Shown here one piece after another: positions 10,954-21,168 of a stretch of 64,000 bases of DNA. How positions within the stretch are numbered: position 1 is the first letter of the stretch; every line of letters begins with the position of its first letter. The translations under genes were made by a program, and so were the position numbers. The notes beneath the pieces are model-generated. The model was not told the origin of the DNA and did no database searches. It was given only the letters and a program-made list of their open reading frames with translations. Source of the DNA: Thalassobaculaceae bacterium (GTDB lineage Bacteria; Pseudomonadota; Alphaproteobacteria; Thalassobaculales; Thalassobaculaceae); contig OZ245843.1 of assembly GCA_965228875.1 (NCBI GenBank), positions 3,764,616-3,828,615 of the forward strand. The letters run 5' to 3'.

Positions 10954-12806
10954 GCCGCTGACTTTTTCACGTGACGCAGCAACGCGACCGTCGCCGCCGG
11001 CGTCATTCCCGGCAAACGGCTGGCCTGACCGAGCGTGCGGGGCTTCTCCCGGGACAGAAGTGCCCGAATTTCCGCCGAGAGCGATCCGATCGAGGACGGA
11101 TCCAGGTCCTCCGGCAAGGTCAGACCCTCGTCGCGGCGATACGCGCGGATATCCGCTTCCTGTCGGGCGAGATAACCGGCGTACCGGGCCTCCGTCGCGA
11201 TCTGCTCCGCCACCGCGATCGGGATTTCCGAGAGCTCCTCTGGCCACGCCGCCGTCAGTCGCTCCCAGGTCACGTCCGGATAGGCCAGAAGATCGAGGGC
11301 GGAGCGTCGCTGACCGTCCTGATTCACCGAGAACCCGAGCCGGGCAAGCGCCTGGGGCGATCCTCCGAGCCGCATCAGTGTTTCACGTGAAACATCCAGC
11401 GCCCGCTTGCGGGCCGCGAAGGCACCCGCCCGCGCACCCCCGACGAGGCCCAACCGCTCTCCAAGGGGGGTCAGCCGCAGATCCGCATTATCCGCCCGCA
11501 ACCGCAGCCGGTACTCGGCCCGGGAGGTAAACATACGGTAGGGCTCAGGCGCGCCACGAGACACAAGATCATCGATCATGACCCCGATATACCCGTCTGC
11601 TCGGTCTATATATAGTGTGTCATACGAACCGCCCGACGCCAGAGTAGCGTTGGTAGCAGCCACCAGCCCTTGAGCTCCTGCCTCCTCGTATCCCGTCGTG
11701 CCATTGATCTGGCCGGCCAGATAGAGGCCTGGCAGGGCCCGAACCTCGAGACTTGACGACAGCGCCCGCGGGTCCACGTAGTCGTACTCGATGGCGTATC
11801 CGTATTGCCGGATCACCGCGCGTTCCAGCCCCGGGATCGAGGCGACGATGCGATCCTGGACGTCCCGCGGCATCGACGTCGAAATGCCGTTCGGATACAC
11901 GGTCGGGTCGTCCAGCCCTTCGGGTTCAAGAAAGATCTGGTGGCTGGCCTTGTCGGCGAAGCGGACGATCTTGTCCTCGATCGACGGACAGTACCGGGGC
12001 CCCGAGCTTCCGATCTGCCCGCTGTACATCGGAGAGCGGGCGAGGTTCTCGCGGATCGCCTCATGAGTCGCCGCAGTCGTATAGGTGATGTGGCAGGGCA
12101 GCTGCGGCACCGTGATCCGGTCGGTCAGGGTCGAGAACGGCTCCGGCGGATCGTCGCCCGGCTGCACCTCCAGACGCGACCAGTCGATCGTGCGCCCGTC
12201 GAGACGCGGCGGCGTGCCGGTCTTCAACCGCCCGAGCGGCAGACCAAGTCGTTCAAGGGTCCGCGCGAGTCCCACCGCCGGCGCGTCCCCCACCCGACCG
12301 GCGGGCTTGCGCTCCTCGCCGAGATGGATTTCGCCGCGCAGGAACGTGCCGGTGGTCAGCACCACCGCCCCCGCGGTCAACGTCCGGCCATCCGCCAGGA
12401 CAACGCCGGCGCACCGGCCATCGACGATCCGCAGGTCCTCGACCCCGGCTTCCACGATCGACAGGGTCTCGTATTCCGCCAGCAGGTCCTGCATCGCGGC
12501 CCGATACAGGGCGCGGTCGGCCTGGGCGCGCGGGCCCCGCACCGCCGGTCCCTTGGAGCGGTTCAGAACCCGGAACTGGATGCCGGAGCGGTCGATCGCC
12601 CGTCCCATGATTCCGTCGAGGGCGTCGATCTCGCGTACCAGATGGCCCTTGCCGAGACCGCCGATCGCCGGATTGCAGGACATCACGCCGATGGTGTCCC
12701 GCCGGTGCGTCACCAGGGCCGTGCGCGCGCCGAGGCGGGCGGCCGCCGCCGCCGCTTCCGAACCGGCGTGGCCGCCGCCGACAACGATGATATCGAAGGA
12801 GGTCAT
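10950..12806 (-). CDS. mnmG: tRNA U34 carboxymethylaminomethyl modification enzyme MnmG (GidA)
   Basis: [44 protein letters not shown]. Confidence 0.98.
   Translation of the reverse strand: MTSFDIIVVGGGHAGSEAAAAAARLGARTALVTHRRDTIGVMSCNPAIGGLGKGHLVREIDALDGIMGRAIDRSGIQFRVLNRSKGPAVRGPRAQADRALYRAAMQDLLAEYETLSIVEAGVEDLRIVDGRCAGVVLADGRTLTAGAVVLTTGTFLRGEIHLGEERKPAGRVGDAPAVGLARTLERLGLPLGRLKTGTPPRLDGRTIDWSRLEVQPGDDPPEPFSTLTDRITVPQLPCHITYTTAATHEAIRENLARSPMYSGQIGSSGPRYCPSIEDKIVRFADKASHQIFLEPEGLDDPTVYPNGISTSMPRDVQDRIVASIPGLERAVIRQYGYAIEYDYVDPRALSSSLEVRALPGLYLAGQINGTTGYEEAGAQGLVAATNATLASGGSYDTLYIDRADGYIGVMIDDLVSRGAPEPYRMFTSRAEYRLRLRADNADLRLTPLGERLGLVGGARAGAFAARKRALDVSRETLMRLGGSPQALARLGFSVNQDGQRRSALDLLAYPDVTWERLTAAWPEELSEIPIAVAEQIATEARYAGYLARQEADIRAYRRDEGLTLPEDLDPSSIGSLSAEIRALLSREKPRTLGQASRLPGMTPAATVALLRHVKKSAA
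11379..11394. promoter_or_regulatory. parS site (inside mnmG)
   Basis: TGTTTCACGTGAAACA, perfect consensus palindrome. Confidence 0.93.
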
Positions 12807-12856
12807 GGTCTTGAGATACGCAGGGCGGCCGCCCCTGTCAAAGACTCCGCGCGCCC

Positions 12857-12872
12857 TGTTTCACGTGAAACG
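12857..12872. promoter_or_regulatory. parS site (mnmG-mnmE intergenic)
   Basis: TGTTTCACGTGAAACG. Confidence 0.92.
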
Positions 12873-12888
12873 GGCCCGCGCCGACCGG

Positions 12889-14223
12889 TTACTTGCCAAG
12901 ACAGAACTCGGCGAACAGCCGGTCCAGGATTTCCTCCACATCCACGCGCCCCAGGATACGGCCGAGCTGTCCGGCCGCGGCGCGCAGGTCCTCCGCGGCG
13001 ATCTCCAGCGGATCGCCCGCGTCCAGCGCGGTCCGGCATCGCCGTACCGCCTCGTGCGACTTGGCGACAGCCTCGCGGTGACGCGCGCGGGTCAGTGCGA
13101 CCTCGCCCACGCGATCCATCCGCGCCGCGACGGCGGCCGACAGGCTCCGCAGAAGATCCGGTAGGCCGTCGCCCGACCGGACCGACACGCCGAGCCAGGG
13201 CGACGGGATTTCGCCACCCACGACGTCGGTCTTGGTGGCGATCGCCAGACTGTCCGGTCCGAGAAGGTGCGCCACAGCCCGGCGCCCGGCGTCGCCCGAC
13301 TGCGCGTCGGCCAGAACCAGGGTCAGGTCGGCCGCCTCGGCCCGCTCGAGGGCCCGGCGCACGCCTTCCGCCTCGACCGTGTCATCGGTCTCCCGCAATC
13401 CGGCCGTATCCGCCACAGTGGCCGCGTAACCGTCGATATCCAGGTGAACCTCAAGCACGTCGCGGGTCGTGCCGGCAGTTGCACTGACAATCGCTACTTC
13501 CCTTTGTGCCAACCAGTTAAGGAGAGAAGACTTACCCGCGTTCGGCACTCCCACAAGCGCGATCCGCACGCCGTCGCGAACCCGCTCCGCCCGCCGGCCG
13601 TCGGTCAGTGCCGCCGCCATTTCCGCGGCCAGGCCATCGAGATCTCCGCAGATCCGCGCCAGAAGATCCTCGGGCAGATCTTCGTCGGGGAAGTCGATGA
13701 AAGCCTCGAGCTGTGCCATCGCTCCGACCAGCCGGCCACGCCATCCTTCAAGCGCGGCTTCCAGCACCCCGGTCGCCTGGCGGGCGGCCTGTCGGCGCTG
13801 GGACTCGGTCTCCGCGTCGACCAGATCGAGAATGCCTTCCGCCCGTGTCAGGTCGATTCTGTCGTTCAGATAGGCCCGCCGGGTGAACTCCCCCGGATCG
13901 GCCAGACGCAACCCGTCCATGCGCGCCAGGCGGTCGCTGATCGCCGCGACGACGGCCCGTCCGCCATGGAGGTGCAGTTCGACCACGTCCTCGCCGGTGG
14001 CGCTCGCGGGCCCCGGAAAGGCCGCCACCATGGCGTCGTCCAGCACCTCGCCATCGCCCGGGTCTCGCAGAATCCTGCGGGACAGGCGGCGTGGTTCCGG
14101 CACATCCCCGGCAAGCCGGATCAGCGCCTCGAACGCCCCCGGTCCGGAAATCCGGACGATCGCCACGGCGCCCCGCCCCGGTGCGGTCGCCGGCGCGAAG
14201 ATGGTATCCACCGCCGCTGTCAT
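12889..14223 (-). CDS. mnmE: tRNA modification GTPase MnmE (TrmE)
   Basis: DTIFAPAT, GVPNAGKSSL, GTTRDVLE, DTAGLR, C-terminal FCLGK. Confidence 0.97.
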   Translation of the reverse strand: MTAAVDTIFAPATAPGRGAVAIVRISGPGAFEALIRLAGDVPEPRRLSRRILRDPGDGEVLDDAMVAAFPGPASATGEDVVELHLHGGRAVVAAISDRLARMDGLRLADPGEFTRRAYLNDRIDLTRAEGILDLVDAETESQRRQAARQATGVLEAALEGWRGRLVGAMAQLEAFIDFPDEDLPEDLLARICGDLDGLAAEMAAALTDGRRAERVRDGVRIALVGVPNAGKSSLLNWLAQREVAIVSATAGTTRDVLEVHLDIDGYAATVADTAGLRETDDTVEAEGVRRALERAEAADLTLVLADAQSGDAGRRAVAHLLGPDSLAIATKTDVVGGEIPSPWLGVSVRSGDGLPDLLRSLSAAVAARMDRVGEVALTRARHREAVAKSHEAVRRCRTALDAGDPLEIAAEDLRAAAGQLGRILGRVDVEEILDRLFAEFCLGK

Positions 14224-14313
14224 GGCCTTATCCTGAGTGTCCGTTCTCATCGATCCCGAGGGTCGTCTATCGCCGACCCCGTGGGTCGTTGCCCCTCTTA
14301 CAGGGACGCCGCC

Positions 14314-14790
14314 ATGCCCGCCAGCGATCTCGACACCCCGGTCGGCCGGCTTCGCGCCGTGAGCGACGGGACCGCCCTGATCCGCGTCACCTGGCTCGCG
14401 GACGGCGAACCACCGATGCCCGCGGCGGACGGCGACGATGTTTCACGTGAAACGATCCGCCAGCTCGACGCCTATTTCCGCAGCGCGCTGACCAGGTTCG
14501 ATCTGCCGGTCGCCTTCCGCGGCGGCTCGGCGTTTGAGCGCGCCGTGTGGGAGGGCATGCGCGCCATCCCCTACGGCGAGACCTGGACCTATGGCGAGCT
14601 GGCGGCCCGCACCGGCGGCGTCGCCCGCGCCGTCGGCGGCGCCTGCGGCCGCAATCCCGTCCCCGTCGTCGTTCCCTGCCACAGGGTGGTCGGCTCGAGC
14701 GGCCGGCTCGTCGGGTTCTCCGGCGGCGACGGCATCGAGAGCAAGCAGCGGCTTCTCGACCTCGAGCGCGGTCAGGCCACATTGTTCTAG
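14314..14790 (+). CDS. ogt: Methylated-DNA--protein-cysteine methyltransferase
   Basis: IPYGETWTYG and NPVPVVVPCHRVV active-site motif. Confidence 0.92.
   Translation: MPASDLDTPVGRLRAVSDGTALIRVTWLADGEPPMPAADGDDVSRETIRQLDAYFRSALTRFDLPVAFRGGSAFERAVWEGMRAIPYGETWTYGELAARTGGVARAVGGACGRNPVPVVVPCHRVVGSSGRLVGFSGGDGIESKQRLLDLERGQATLF
14439..14454. promoter_or_regulatory. parS site (inside ogt)
   Basis: TGTTTCACGTGAAACG. Confidence 0.9.
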
Positions 14791-14800
14791 CCGCGGGGGC

Positions 14801-14845
14801 TTTGCTACGGTCGGATCTGCTACGGTCGGATTTGCTACGGTCGGG
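14801..14845. repeat. Tandem repeat, 3 x 15 bp
   Basis: T(T/C)TGCTACGGTCGG(A/G) x3. Confidence 0.9.
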
Positions 14846-14932
14846 GTCGCGGACCGGTCGTCGCCCGCACCGGAACGGCCGCGATCGTCGCCAAGAACCC
14901 ATGTCGGACCACGACCACATCAGGGGAGCGCC

Positions 14933-15628
14933 ATGTCCACCGTCACCGTTTCCGCCGCCGATGGCGGCAGCTTCAGCGCCTACGTCGCCAGACCGGCCGC
15001 GCCGGCCGCCGCCGCGGTCGTCGTGATTCAGGAGATCTTCGGGGTCAACAAGGTCATGCGCGACCTGACCGACGCCTACGCCGCCCAGGGGTATGTCGCG
15101 ATCTGCCCGGACCTGTTCTGGCGGATCGAGCCCGGTGTCGACATCACCGACCAGAGCGAGGCAGAGTGGCAGAAGGCGTTCGACCTGTTCGGCAAATTCG
15201 ATGTCGACCTGGGGGTCCAGGACCTGATCGCCACCCTGCACCATGTCCGCGCCATGGACGGCTGCAACGGGAAGGCCGGCTCAGTCGGCTACTGCCTCGG
15301 CGGCAAGCTGGCCTACCTGATGGCCACCCGTTCCGACGCGGACGCCAATGTCAGCTTCTATGGGGTCGGCCTGGACGAGCTGATCGGCGAAGCCGGCAAC
15401 ATCTCCCGGCCCTATCTCTGTCACGTCGCCGAGAAGGACGGCTTCGTCCCGAAAGAGGCGCAGGACGTGTTCGTTCCCGTCCTCGAGGGTGTCCCGAAGG
15501 CTACCGTCCACGTCTATGCCGGTCAGGACCACGCTTTCGCCCGCGTCGGCGGCCAGCATTACGATCAGGCGTCGGCCGATCTCGCGAACGGCCGAACCGC
15601 CGACTTCTTCAAGGCCAACCTGGCCTAG
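14933..15628 (+). CDS. Dienelactone hydrolase family protein
   Basis: VIQEIFGVN, GYCLGG nucleophile motif, HAFAR. Confidence 0.93.
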   Translation: MSTVTVSAADGGSFSAYVARPAAPAAAAVVVIQEIFGVNKVMRDLTDAYAAQGYVAICPDLFWRIEPGVDITDQSEAEWQKAFDLFGKFDVDLGVQDLIATLHHVRAMDGCNGKAGSVGYCLGGKLAYLMATRSDADANVSFYGVGLDELIGEAGNISRPYLCHVAEKDGFVPKEAQDVFVPVLEGVPKATVHVYAGQDHAFARVGGQHYDQASADLANGRTADFFKANLA

Positions 15629-15763
15629 GGCGGTCGGAACCGACGCCCACCCCATAATCAGGCGCGGACCGGCACGGCAGTGGTGCCGGCGCGGGTGCTT
15701 CCCCGCCCCGCGCCCCTATCGTAGCCAAGCGTCACGACACTATCGAACAGGGAGGACAATTCC

Positions 15764-16738
15764 ATGGTGAAAGCCATCCGCATGCACGAGCAGGGCGGCC
15801 CCGAGGTCATGAAACTCGAGGACGTCGACCTGCCGGCGCCCGAGGCCGGTCAGATTCAGATCCGGCACTCGGCGATCGGCCTGAACTACATCGACACCTA
15901 TCACCGCTCCGGCCTGTACCCTCTGCCCCTGCCCTCGGGCATCGGCATGGAGGCCGCCGGAACCGTCGCGGCCGTCGGCGACGGCGTCACGGATTTCGCG
16001 GAGGGCGACCGTGTGGCCTATGCCGCTCCGCCTCCCGGCTCCTATGCCGAGGCGCGGAACCTCGAGGCGAGCAAGGTGGTGAAGGTCCCGGCCTCGGTCA
16101 GCGACAAGCTGGCCGCGGCGATGATGCTTCAGGGCATGACAGTTCAGTACCTGATCCGTCAGATCTACAAGGTGGGCCCGGGCGATACGATCCTCATCCA
16201 CGCGGCCGCCGGCGGCGTCGGCCTGATCCTGTGCCAGTGGGCCAAACATCTGGGCGCCTCGGTCATCGGTACGGTCGGCTCGGACGAGAAGGCGGAGCTA
16301 GCGCGCAAGAACGGCTGCGACCACCCGATCGTCTACACCCGCGAGAACTTCGTCGACCGGGTGATCGAGATCACCGACGGCAAGAAGGTCCCCGTGGTCT
16401 ATGACTCCATCGGCAAGGACACCTGGCCCGCCAGCCTCGACTGCATCGCGCCGACCGGCATGATGGTCAGCTTCGGTCAGGCATCGGGTCCGATCCCGCC
16501 GGTCGATCTCGGCATTTTCGCCGGAAAGGGTTCTCTGAAGTTCACCCGGCCGACCCTGATGACCTACACCGCCACGAAGGAGCTGCTCGACGCCTCCGCG
16601 GCCGATCTGTTCGACGTCGTCGGCAAGGGCGCGGTCAGCGTGTCGATCAATCAGGAGTACGCCCTGGCCGATGCGGTCCAGGCACATGTCGATCTGGAAG
16701 GGCGCAAGACCACCGGCTCGACCATTCTGCTGCCGTAA
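15764..16738 (+). CDS. qor: NADPH:quinone oxidoreductase
   Basis: GLNYIDTYHRSGLYP, HAAAGGVGL, RKTTGS. Confidence 0.92.
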   Translation: MVKAIRMHEQGGPEVMKLEDVDLPAPEAGQIQIRHSAIGLNYIDTYHRSGLYPLPLPSGIGMEAAGTVAAVGDGVTDFAEGDRVAYAAPPPGSYAEARNLEASKVVKVPASVSDKLAAAMMLQGMTVQYLIRQIYKVGPGDTILIHAAAGGVGLILCQWAKHLGASVIGTVGSDEKAELARKNGCDHPIVYTRENFVDRVIEITDGKKVPVVYDSIGKDTWPASLDCIAPTGMMVSFGQASGPIPPVDLGIFAGKGSLKFTRPTLMTYTATKELLDASAADLFDVVGKGAVSVSINQEYALADAVQAHVDLEGRKTTGSTILLP

Positions 16739-16748
16739 CGAGGCGAAG

Positions 16749-16764
16749 TGTTTCACGTGAAACA
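16749..16764. promoter_or_regulatory. parS site
   Basis: TGTTTCACGTGAAACA within a perfect 20-bp palindrome at 16747-16766. Confidence 0.93.
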
Positions 16765-16829
16765 CTGAATCCCGGACCAACCTATGACGTCCCCGACCGC
16801 CATCGCGGTCGGGGCCAGGACGGTGCCCC

Positions 16830-17207
16830 ATGGAAAAAGAGACGTTCGACGCCTTCTGCGGCTCGCTTCCGGCCACCTTCCACGTCGTCCAATGGGGTGG
16901 CGCGACCGTGTGGAAGGTCGGCAACGCCGAGCAGAGCAAGGTCTTCGCCATCGCGGGCTGGCAGACCGGCGACCACCCCGCCTACACCTTCAAGGTCTCT
17001 CCAGTCGCCTATGAGATGCTGCGGGAGGAGCCGGGACTGCGTCCCGCGCCCTACCTGGCGTCCCGAGGCATGAAATGGATCCAGCAGTTCGGCCCGCCCG
17101 GGCTTTCCGATCCGGACCTTCGCGCCTACCTCCAGGAATCCCACCGGCTGGTCGCGCGCGGACTGACGAAGAAACTGCAGCGCGCGCTCGGTCTCGCTTC
17201 AGGCTGA
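16830..17207 (+). CDS. MmcQ/YjbR family DNA-binding protein
   Basis: VQWGGATVWKVG..KVFA, PAPYLASRGMKW. Confidence 0.85.
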   Translation: MEKETFDAFCGSLPATFHVVQWGGATVWKVGNAEQSKVFAIAGWQTGDHPAYTFKVSPVAYEMLREEPGLRPAPYLASRGMKWIQQFGPPGLSDPDLRAYLQESHRLVARGLTKKLQRALGLASG

Positions 17208-17243
17208 GATGGTGAACATCGCGATCAGGCGGAAACGCGCCGG

Positions 17244-18446
17244 TCAGTCCGGAACCGCGACCTGCCTGTTGGGATCGAGTCCCTTCGGCAGCAGCAGCCA
17301 CATCCGGCCTTTCGCCGCCATGGCCCCCGCCCTCTCGCCCGCCGCGTCGCCCGACCCCCAGAAGAAGTCGCCGCGCACCGGCCCGCGGATGGCGCCGCCC
17401 GTGTCCTGCGCCACCATCAGCCGCCGCAATCCGCCGTCCCCGTAGTCGATATCGACCCAGACCGGCACCCCGAGCGCGTGCCGCGTCCGATCGACCGCCA
17501 GCGACCGCCCCGCCGTCAGGGGCACGCCCTGGGCGCCGATCGGGCCGCTGCCCTTGAGCTCGCGGAAGAAGATGTAGGACGGATTGCGGTTCATGACCGC
17601 GTCCTGCTGCTCCGGGTGGTCGTCGAGCCAGGCGCGAATGGCCTGCATCGACATCTCCTCGCGCGGCACGTGACCGGCATCGATCAGATAGCGGCCGATC
17701 GGGAAATAGATGTGACCGTTATGGCCGTCATATCCGACCCGGGTCCGCGTGCCGTCGGCCAGGCGGATAAGCCCGGAGCCCTGGATGTGAAGGAAGAACG
17801 AGTCGATGGGGTCGGCCAGCCAGAGGAGCGGCTCCACCTTGTCGGCGAGCGATCCGGCCTCGATATCGGCGCGGCTGTCATAGGGTTTCAGCCTGAACCC
17901 GACCATCCGGCCGGCAAGCCGCTCGCCCTTCATGCTGTCGCGGAAATCGCCCAGATCGACCAGCACGAGATCCTCCGGCCGGGGGTAGATCGGGACGTCA
18001 TAGTTTTCGTCGCGCTGCCGGGACCCGCGCAGTTCCGGCTCGTAGTAGCCGGTGAACAGATCGTTGTCCGGATCTCGGTCGGAGGCGCGCCAGACCGCGA
18101 AGGACCGTTCCAGCGCGGCGCGGGCGCCTTGTGTGTCGCCGTCGGCCACCGCCGTGACGGCGTCGCAGGCCGCACGCCAGTCCCCCACGGTACCGTAGCG
18201 GCCGCCGGGTCCGATCAGCCGGGCGTCGTCGCCGCGAAGGAGCCGGGGACAGGAGCGGCGAAGCGCCGGAAGGGCGGCTGACGGATCGTCCTCGGTCCAT
18301 CCCGGCAGATCGTCGAACCCGGCCGGCTCGAGCAGCAGGGCGTCGTCTTGCAGCGGAGGTGTAGGCTCGGGCGCGCAGGCGAAGAGGGTCGCCGCCAGGG
18401 CGACGGCCGCGGCGGAGAGGACTCCGGCCTTACTCTTCGGGGACAC
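17244..18446 (-). CDS. mltA: Membrane-bound lytic murein transglycosylase A
   Basis: Lipobox LFAC, FTGYYEP, FFLHIQGSG, AQDTGGAIRG; GTG start uncertain. Confidence 0.93.
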   Translation of the reverse strand: MSPKSKAGVLSAAAVALAATLFACAPEPTPPLQDDALLLEPAGFDDLPGWTEDDPSAALPALRRSCPRLLRGDDARLIGPGGRYGTVGDWRAACDAVTAVADGDTQGARAALERSFAVWRASDRDPDNDLFTGYYEPELRGSRQRDENYDVPIYPRPEDLVLVDLGDFRDSMKGERLAGRMVGFRLKPYDSRADIEAGSLADKVEPLLWLADPIDSFFLHIQGSGLIRLADGTRTRVGYDGHNGHIYFPIGRYLIDAGHVPREEMSMQAIRAWLDDHPEQQDAVMNRNPSYIFFRELKGSGPIGAQGVPLTAGRSLAVDRTRHALGVPVWVDIDYGDGGLRRLMVAQDTGGAIRGPVRGDFFWGSGDAAGERAGAMAAKGRMWLLLPKGLDPNRQVAVPD

Positions 18447-19110
18447 GGGCGGCGACCAGCTCCCAGTTCGGATCGCTCGACCGGACATCGCGCTCGAACG
18501 TCCAGATGTCGGTGAGCACCTCGATCTTGTCCGGATCGCCGTCGACGACCTTGCCGTCGGCGTCGCGGGTGACCTTGACCTGCTCGGTCACGAACTCGAC
18601 CGTCACGCGGGCCTCCTGGCCGTCGAGTTCGGCGTCGGTGATTTCCGAGGACCGAACCGTGACGATCGTCGTCTCCTGGGACTCGTTCGCCTGCTCGCGT
18701 TCCTCGATCGCCTGGACGAAGCCACCGTAGAGCGGGCCGGAGACGAGGGATTTCAGGGTGTCCACATCGCCGGAGGCATAGGCCTGAACGATCATCTCGA
18801 AGGCGCCCCGGGCACCGACGGCGAACTCCTTCTCGTCGAAGTCGGGGTCCGCGAGCTTGATGCGCATCAGCGCGGCCGTGAGCGGATCGCGCTCGTCGAT
18901 CTCCTCGTCGTCGATGACCGCCCTGTCGGGGAGCTGGATCACGTTGTCCTGCTCGCTCTCGGCGGTCGCCTCCTCGGGCGCGCTGAACGGATCCGGTCGC
19001 TGTTTCTCGTGGCCGGTCCGGCGTCCGAGAACGCCTCTGAGCTTCAAAATCAGGAAGCCGGCGATCATCGCGTAAAGGATGATTTCGAAGAGAGGAAAAC
19101 TGCTTCCCAT
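18430..19110 (-). CDS. Tim44/TimA family protein
   Basis: N-terminal TM, LRGVLGRRTG, GARGAFEMIV, DIWTFER..DPNW. Confidence 0.9.
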   Translation of the reverse strand: MGSSFPLFEIILYAMIAGFLILKLRGVLGRRTGHEKQRPDPFSAPEEATAESEQDNVIQLPDRAVIDDEEIDERDPLTAALMRIKLADPDFDEKEFAVGARGAFEMIVQAYASGDVDTLKSLVSGPLYGGFVQAIEEREQANESQETTIVTVRSSEITDAELDGQEARVTVEFVTEQVKVTRDADGKVVDGDPDKIEVLTDIWTFERDVRSSDPNWELVAARVPEE

Positions 19111-19338
19111 ACCCACTTGCGTCCTCGGGTGGACCGAGCCGCACCCTCACGTTTAGAGTGCCCGCCGCGGTTGGTGCCCCGTTTCGGCGGCCCCGGTTGT
19201 TGCCCCAGTCGTCGGCGTCGTCTCGGTGCGGCATCGGCTGTCGCGACGCCGGCGGGACCGAATGGACAACCGAACAGGCGCCGGGACCGCTTCCGACGCC
19301 TGATGAGTAGATAAGGCGTCGATATCCGAAGGGCAAGC

Positions 19339-19923
19339 ATGGGCTTAGTCGTTCTCCTGATTCTCGTCGGTGTGCCGGCCGGCGAACTCTGGCTCCTGAT
19401 CGAGGTCGGCACCGAGATCGGTGCGGCGGCGACGATCGCGCTGATCATCCTGACCGCGGTTCTCGGAACCCTGCTGTTCCGGATCCAGGGCCTGGCGACC
19501 CTCCAGCGGCTGCGCCTCCATGTCGCGCGCAGGGAGGCACCCGTTGCCGAGGTCATTTCCGGCTTCGGCCTGCTGTTCGCCGGTCTGCTGCTGCTGATCC
19601 CCGGCTTCGCAACCGACGCGCTCGGCTTCCTCCTGTTCATCCCGCCGCTCAGGCGCTGGCTCGCCGGCCTGATCATCGCCTATGTCCTCGCCCGCGGCGG
19701 GTCGGCGATCTTCGTCGACCTGGGGCGTGGCCGGGGTTCCGGTGGCGGCCCCTCCGGTGGGCCCGGTCCGCGTTCCGGCGGCGCGGCAGGGTCGGGCGAC
19801 ATCATCGACGGCGAGTTCGAGGACCTGTCCGACCGCAACGGAGATGACCAGCGTCCCGGCGCCGGCTCCCCGCCCAGCTCCCCGACCGGCGGCCCACCGC
19901 CGCTCGACCGGCCCCGCGACTGA
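19339..19923 (+). CDS. fxsA: FxsA family membrane protein
   Basis: LLLIPGFATDALG, C-terminal IIDGEF. Confidence 0.9.
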   Translation: MGLVVLLILVGVPAGELWLLIEVGTEIGAAATIALIILTAVLGTLLFRIQGLATLQRLRLHVARREAPVAEVISGFGLLFAGLLLLIPGFATDALGFLLFIPPLRRWLAGLIIAYVLARGGSAIFVDLGRGRGSGGGPSGGPGPRSGGAAGSGDIIDGEFEDLSDRNGDDQRPGAGSPPSSPTGGPPPLDRPRD

Positions 19924-19955
19924 TCCGATCCCGCAACCGACACGGTCCCGACCCC

Positions 19956-20510
19956 ATGTATCTGCTGCGCCACGGCGAGAGCGAGTTCAACGTCCACTAC
20001 TCCCGTACCCGGATCGATCCCGGGATCGAGGATCCGTCCATCACCGACCAGGGCCGCGACCAGGCCGCCGCGGCGGCAGAGCATCTTGTCGATCGGACGA
20101 TCCGTCGGGTGGTGGCCAGCCCCTATCGCCGGGCGCTGCAGACCGCGGAGATCGTCGCCGACCGTCTCGGGCTGGCGATCGAGGTCGAACCCCTGGTCCG
20201 CGAACGGTGCTGGTTCGCCTGCGACATCGGCACGCCGGCATCGCGGCTGCGGACCGACTGGCCCCACGTCCCGTTCGGCGACCTGCCCGAGCAGTGGTGG
20301 CCCGAGGATGGCGAGGACGAGGATCAGCTCGATATCCGCTGCGCGGCGTTTCGCCGGAAGCTCTCCGCCTCGACGAGCTGGGACGATACGGTCTACGTGA
20401 CCCACTGGGCCTTTATCCGCGGCCTCACGGGCCTGACCGTACCCAACGGCACGGTTCTCGCCCTCGACCGCGACCTGGCCGCCACTATTGTCCACACCTC
20501 GCAGTCGTGA
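19956..20510 (+). CDS. Histidine phosphatase family protein
   Basis: LLRHGES, SPYRRALQTA, VTHW. Confidence 0.9.
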   Translation: MYLLRHGESEFNVHYSRTRIDPGIEDPSITDQGRDQAAAAAEHLVDRTIRRVVASPYRRALQTAEIVADRLGLAIEVEPLVRERCWFACDIGTPASRLRTDWPHVPFGDLPEQWWPEDGEDEDQLDIRCAAFRRKLSASTSWDDTVYVTHWAFIRGLTGLTVPNGTVLALDRDLAATIVHTSQS

Positions 20511-20564
20511 TAGCGAAGCCGGGTTATCCTGTCCGCTGACGGACCTTATCGATCAGGAATTCCC

Positions 20565-21059
20565 ATGTCCGACCTCTCCTCGGTGACCGAGCCGACCAAG
20601 ATGGCGGCGGCGACCATGCCGCTGCAGATCAACGCGCAGTACATCAAGGACTTCTCCTTCGAGAACCCGCGCGCGCCGGCCAGCCTGCGCCCGCAGAGCG
20701 CGCAGCCGCGCATCGACGTGAACGTCGACGTCCAGGCCGCCAAGGTGGCCAAGGACGAGGAGGTCTACGAGGTCATCCTGAAGATCACCGCCACCGGCAA
20801 GACGGAGAGCGAGCCGCTGTTTCTCGCCGACCTCACCTATGCCGGGCTGTTCGTCCTGCAGAACATGGACGAGGACGCGCTCCACGCCACGCTGCTGGTG
20901 GAGTGTCCGCGGCTGCTGTTCCCGTTCGCCCGCGCGATCGTGGCCGATGCGACCCGCGACGGCGGCTTCCCGCCGCTGCTGATCCAGCCGGTAGATTTCG
21001 CCGCGATGTATCGCCAGAGCAAGGAATCGCCGGCCGGCGCCCCCGTGGCCGACGCCTGA
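20565..21059 (+). CDS. secB: Protein-export chaperone SecB
   Basis: QYIKDFSFENP, CPRLLFPFAR, PVDFAAMY. Confidence 0.96.
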   Translation: MSDLSSVTEPTKMAAATMPLQINAQYIKDFSFENPRAPASLRPQSAQPRIDVNVDVQAAKVAKDEEVYEVILKITATGKTESEPLFLADLTYAGLFVLQNMDEDALHATLLVECPRLLFPFARAIVADATRDGGFPPLLIQPVDFAAMYRQSKESPAGAPVADA

Positions 21060-21062
21060 TCC

Positions 21063-21107
21063 GCCAGTCTGAAGGGCAAGCCTGAAAGGCCAGTCTGAAG
21101 GGCCAGC
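21063..21107. repeat. Degenerate ~13-bp tandem repeat
   Basis: GCCAGTCTGAAGG-like unit about 3.5 times after the secB stop. Confidence 0.65.
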
Positions 21108-21168
21108 CCGGCGGGCCAGTCCGACACGTCCCGGGGTCACTCGATCCGAGTCCGGGACGAAAGACCCG

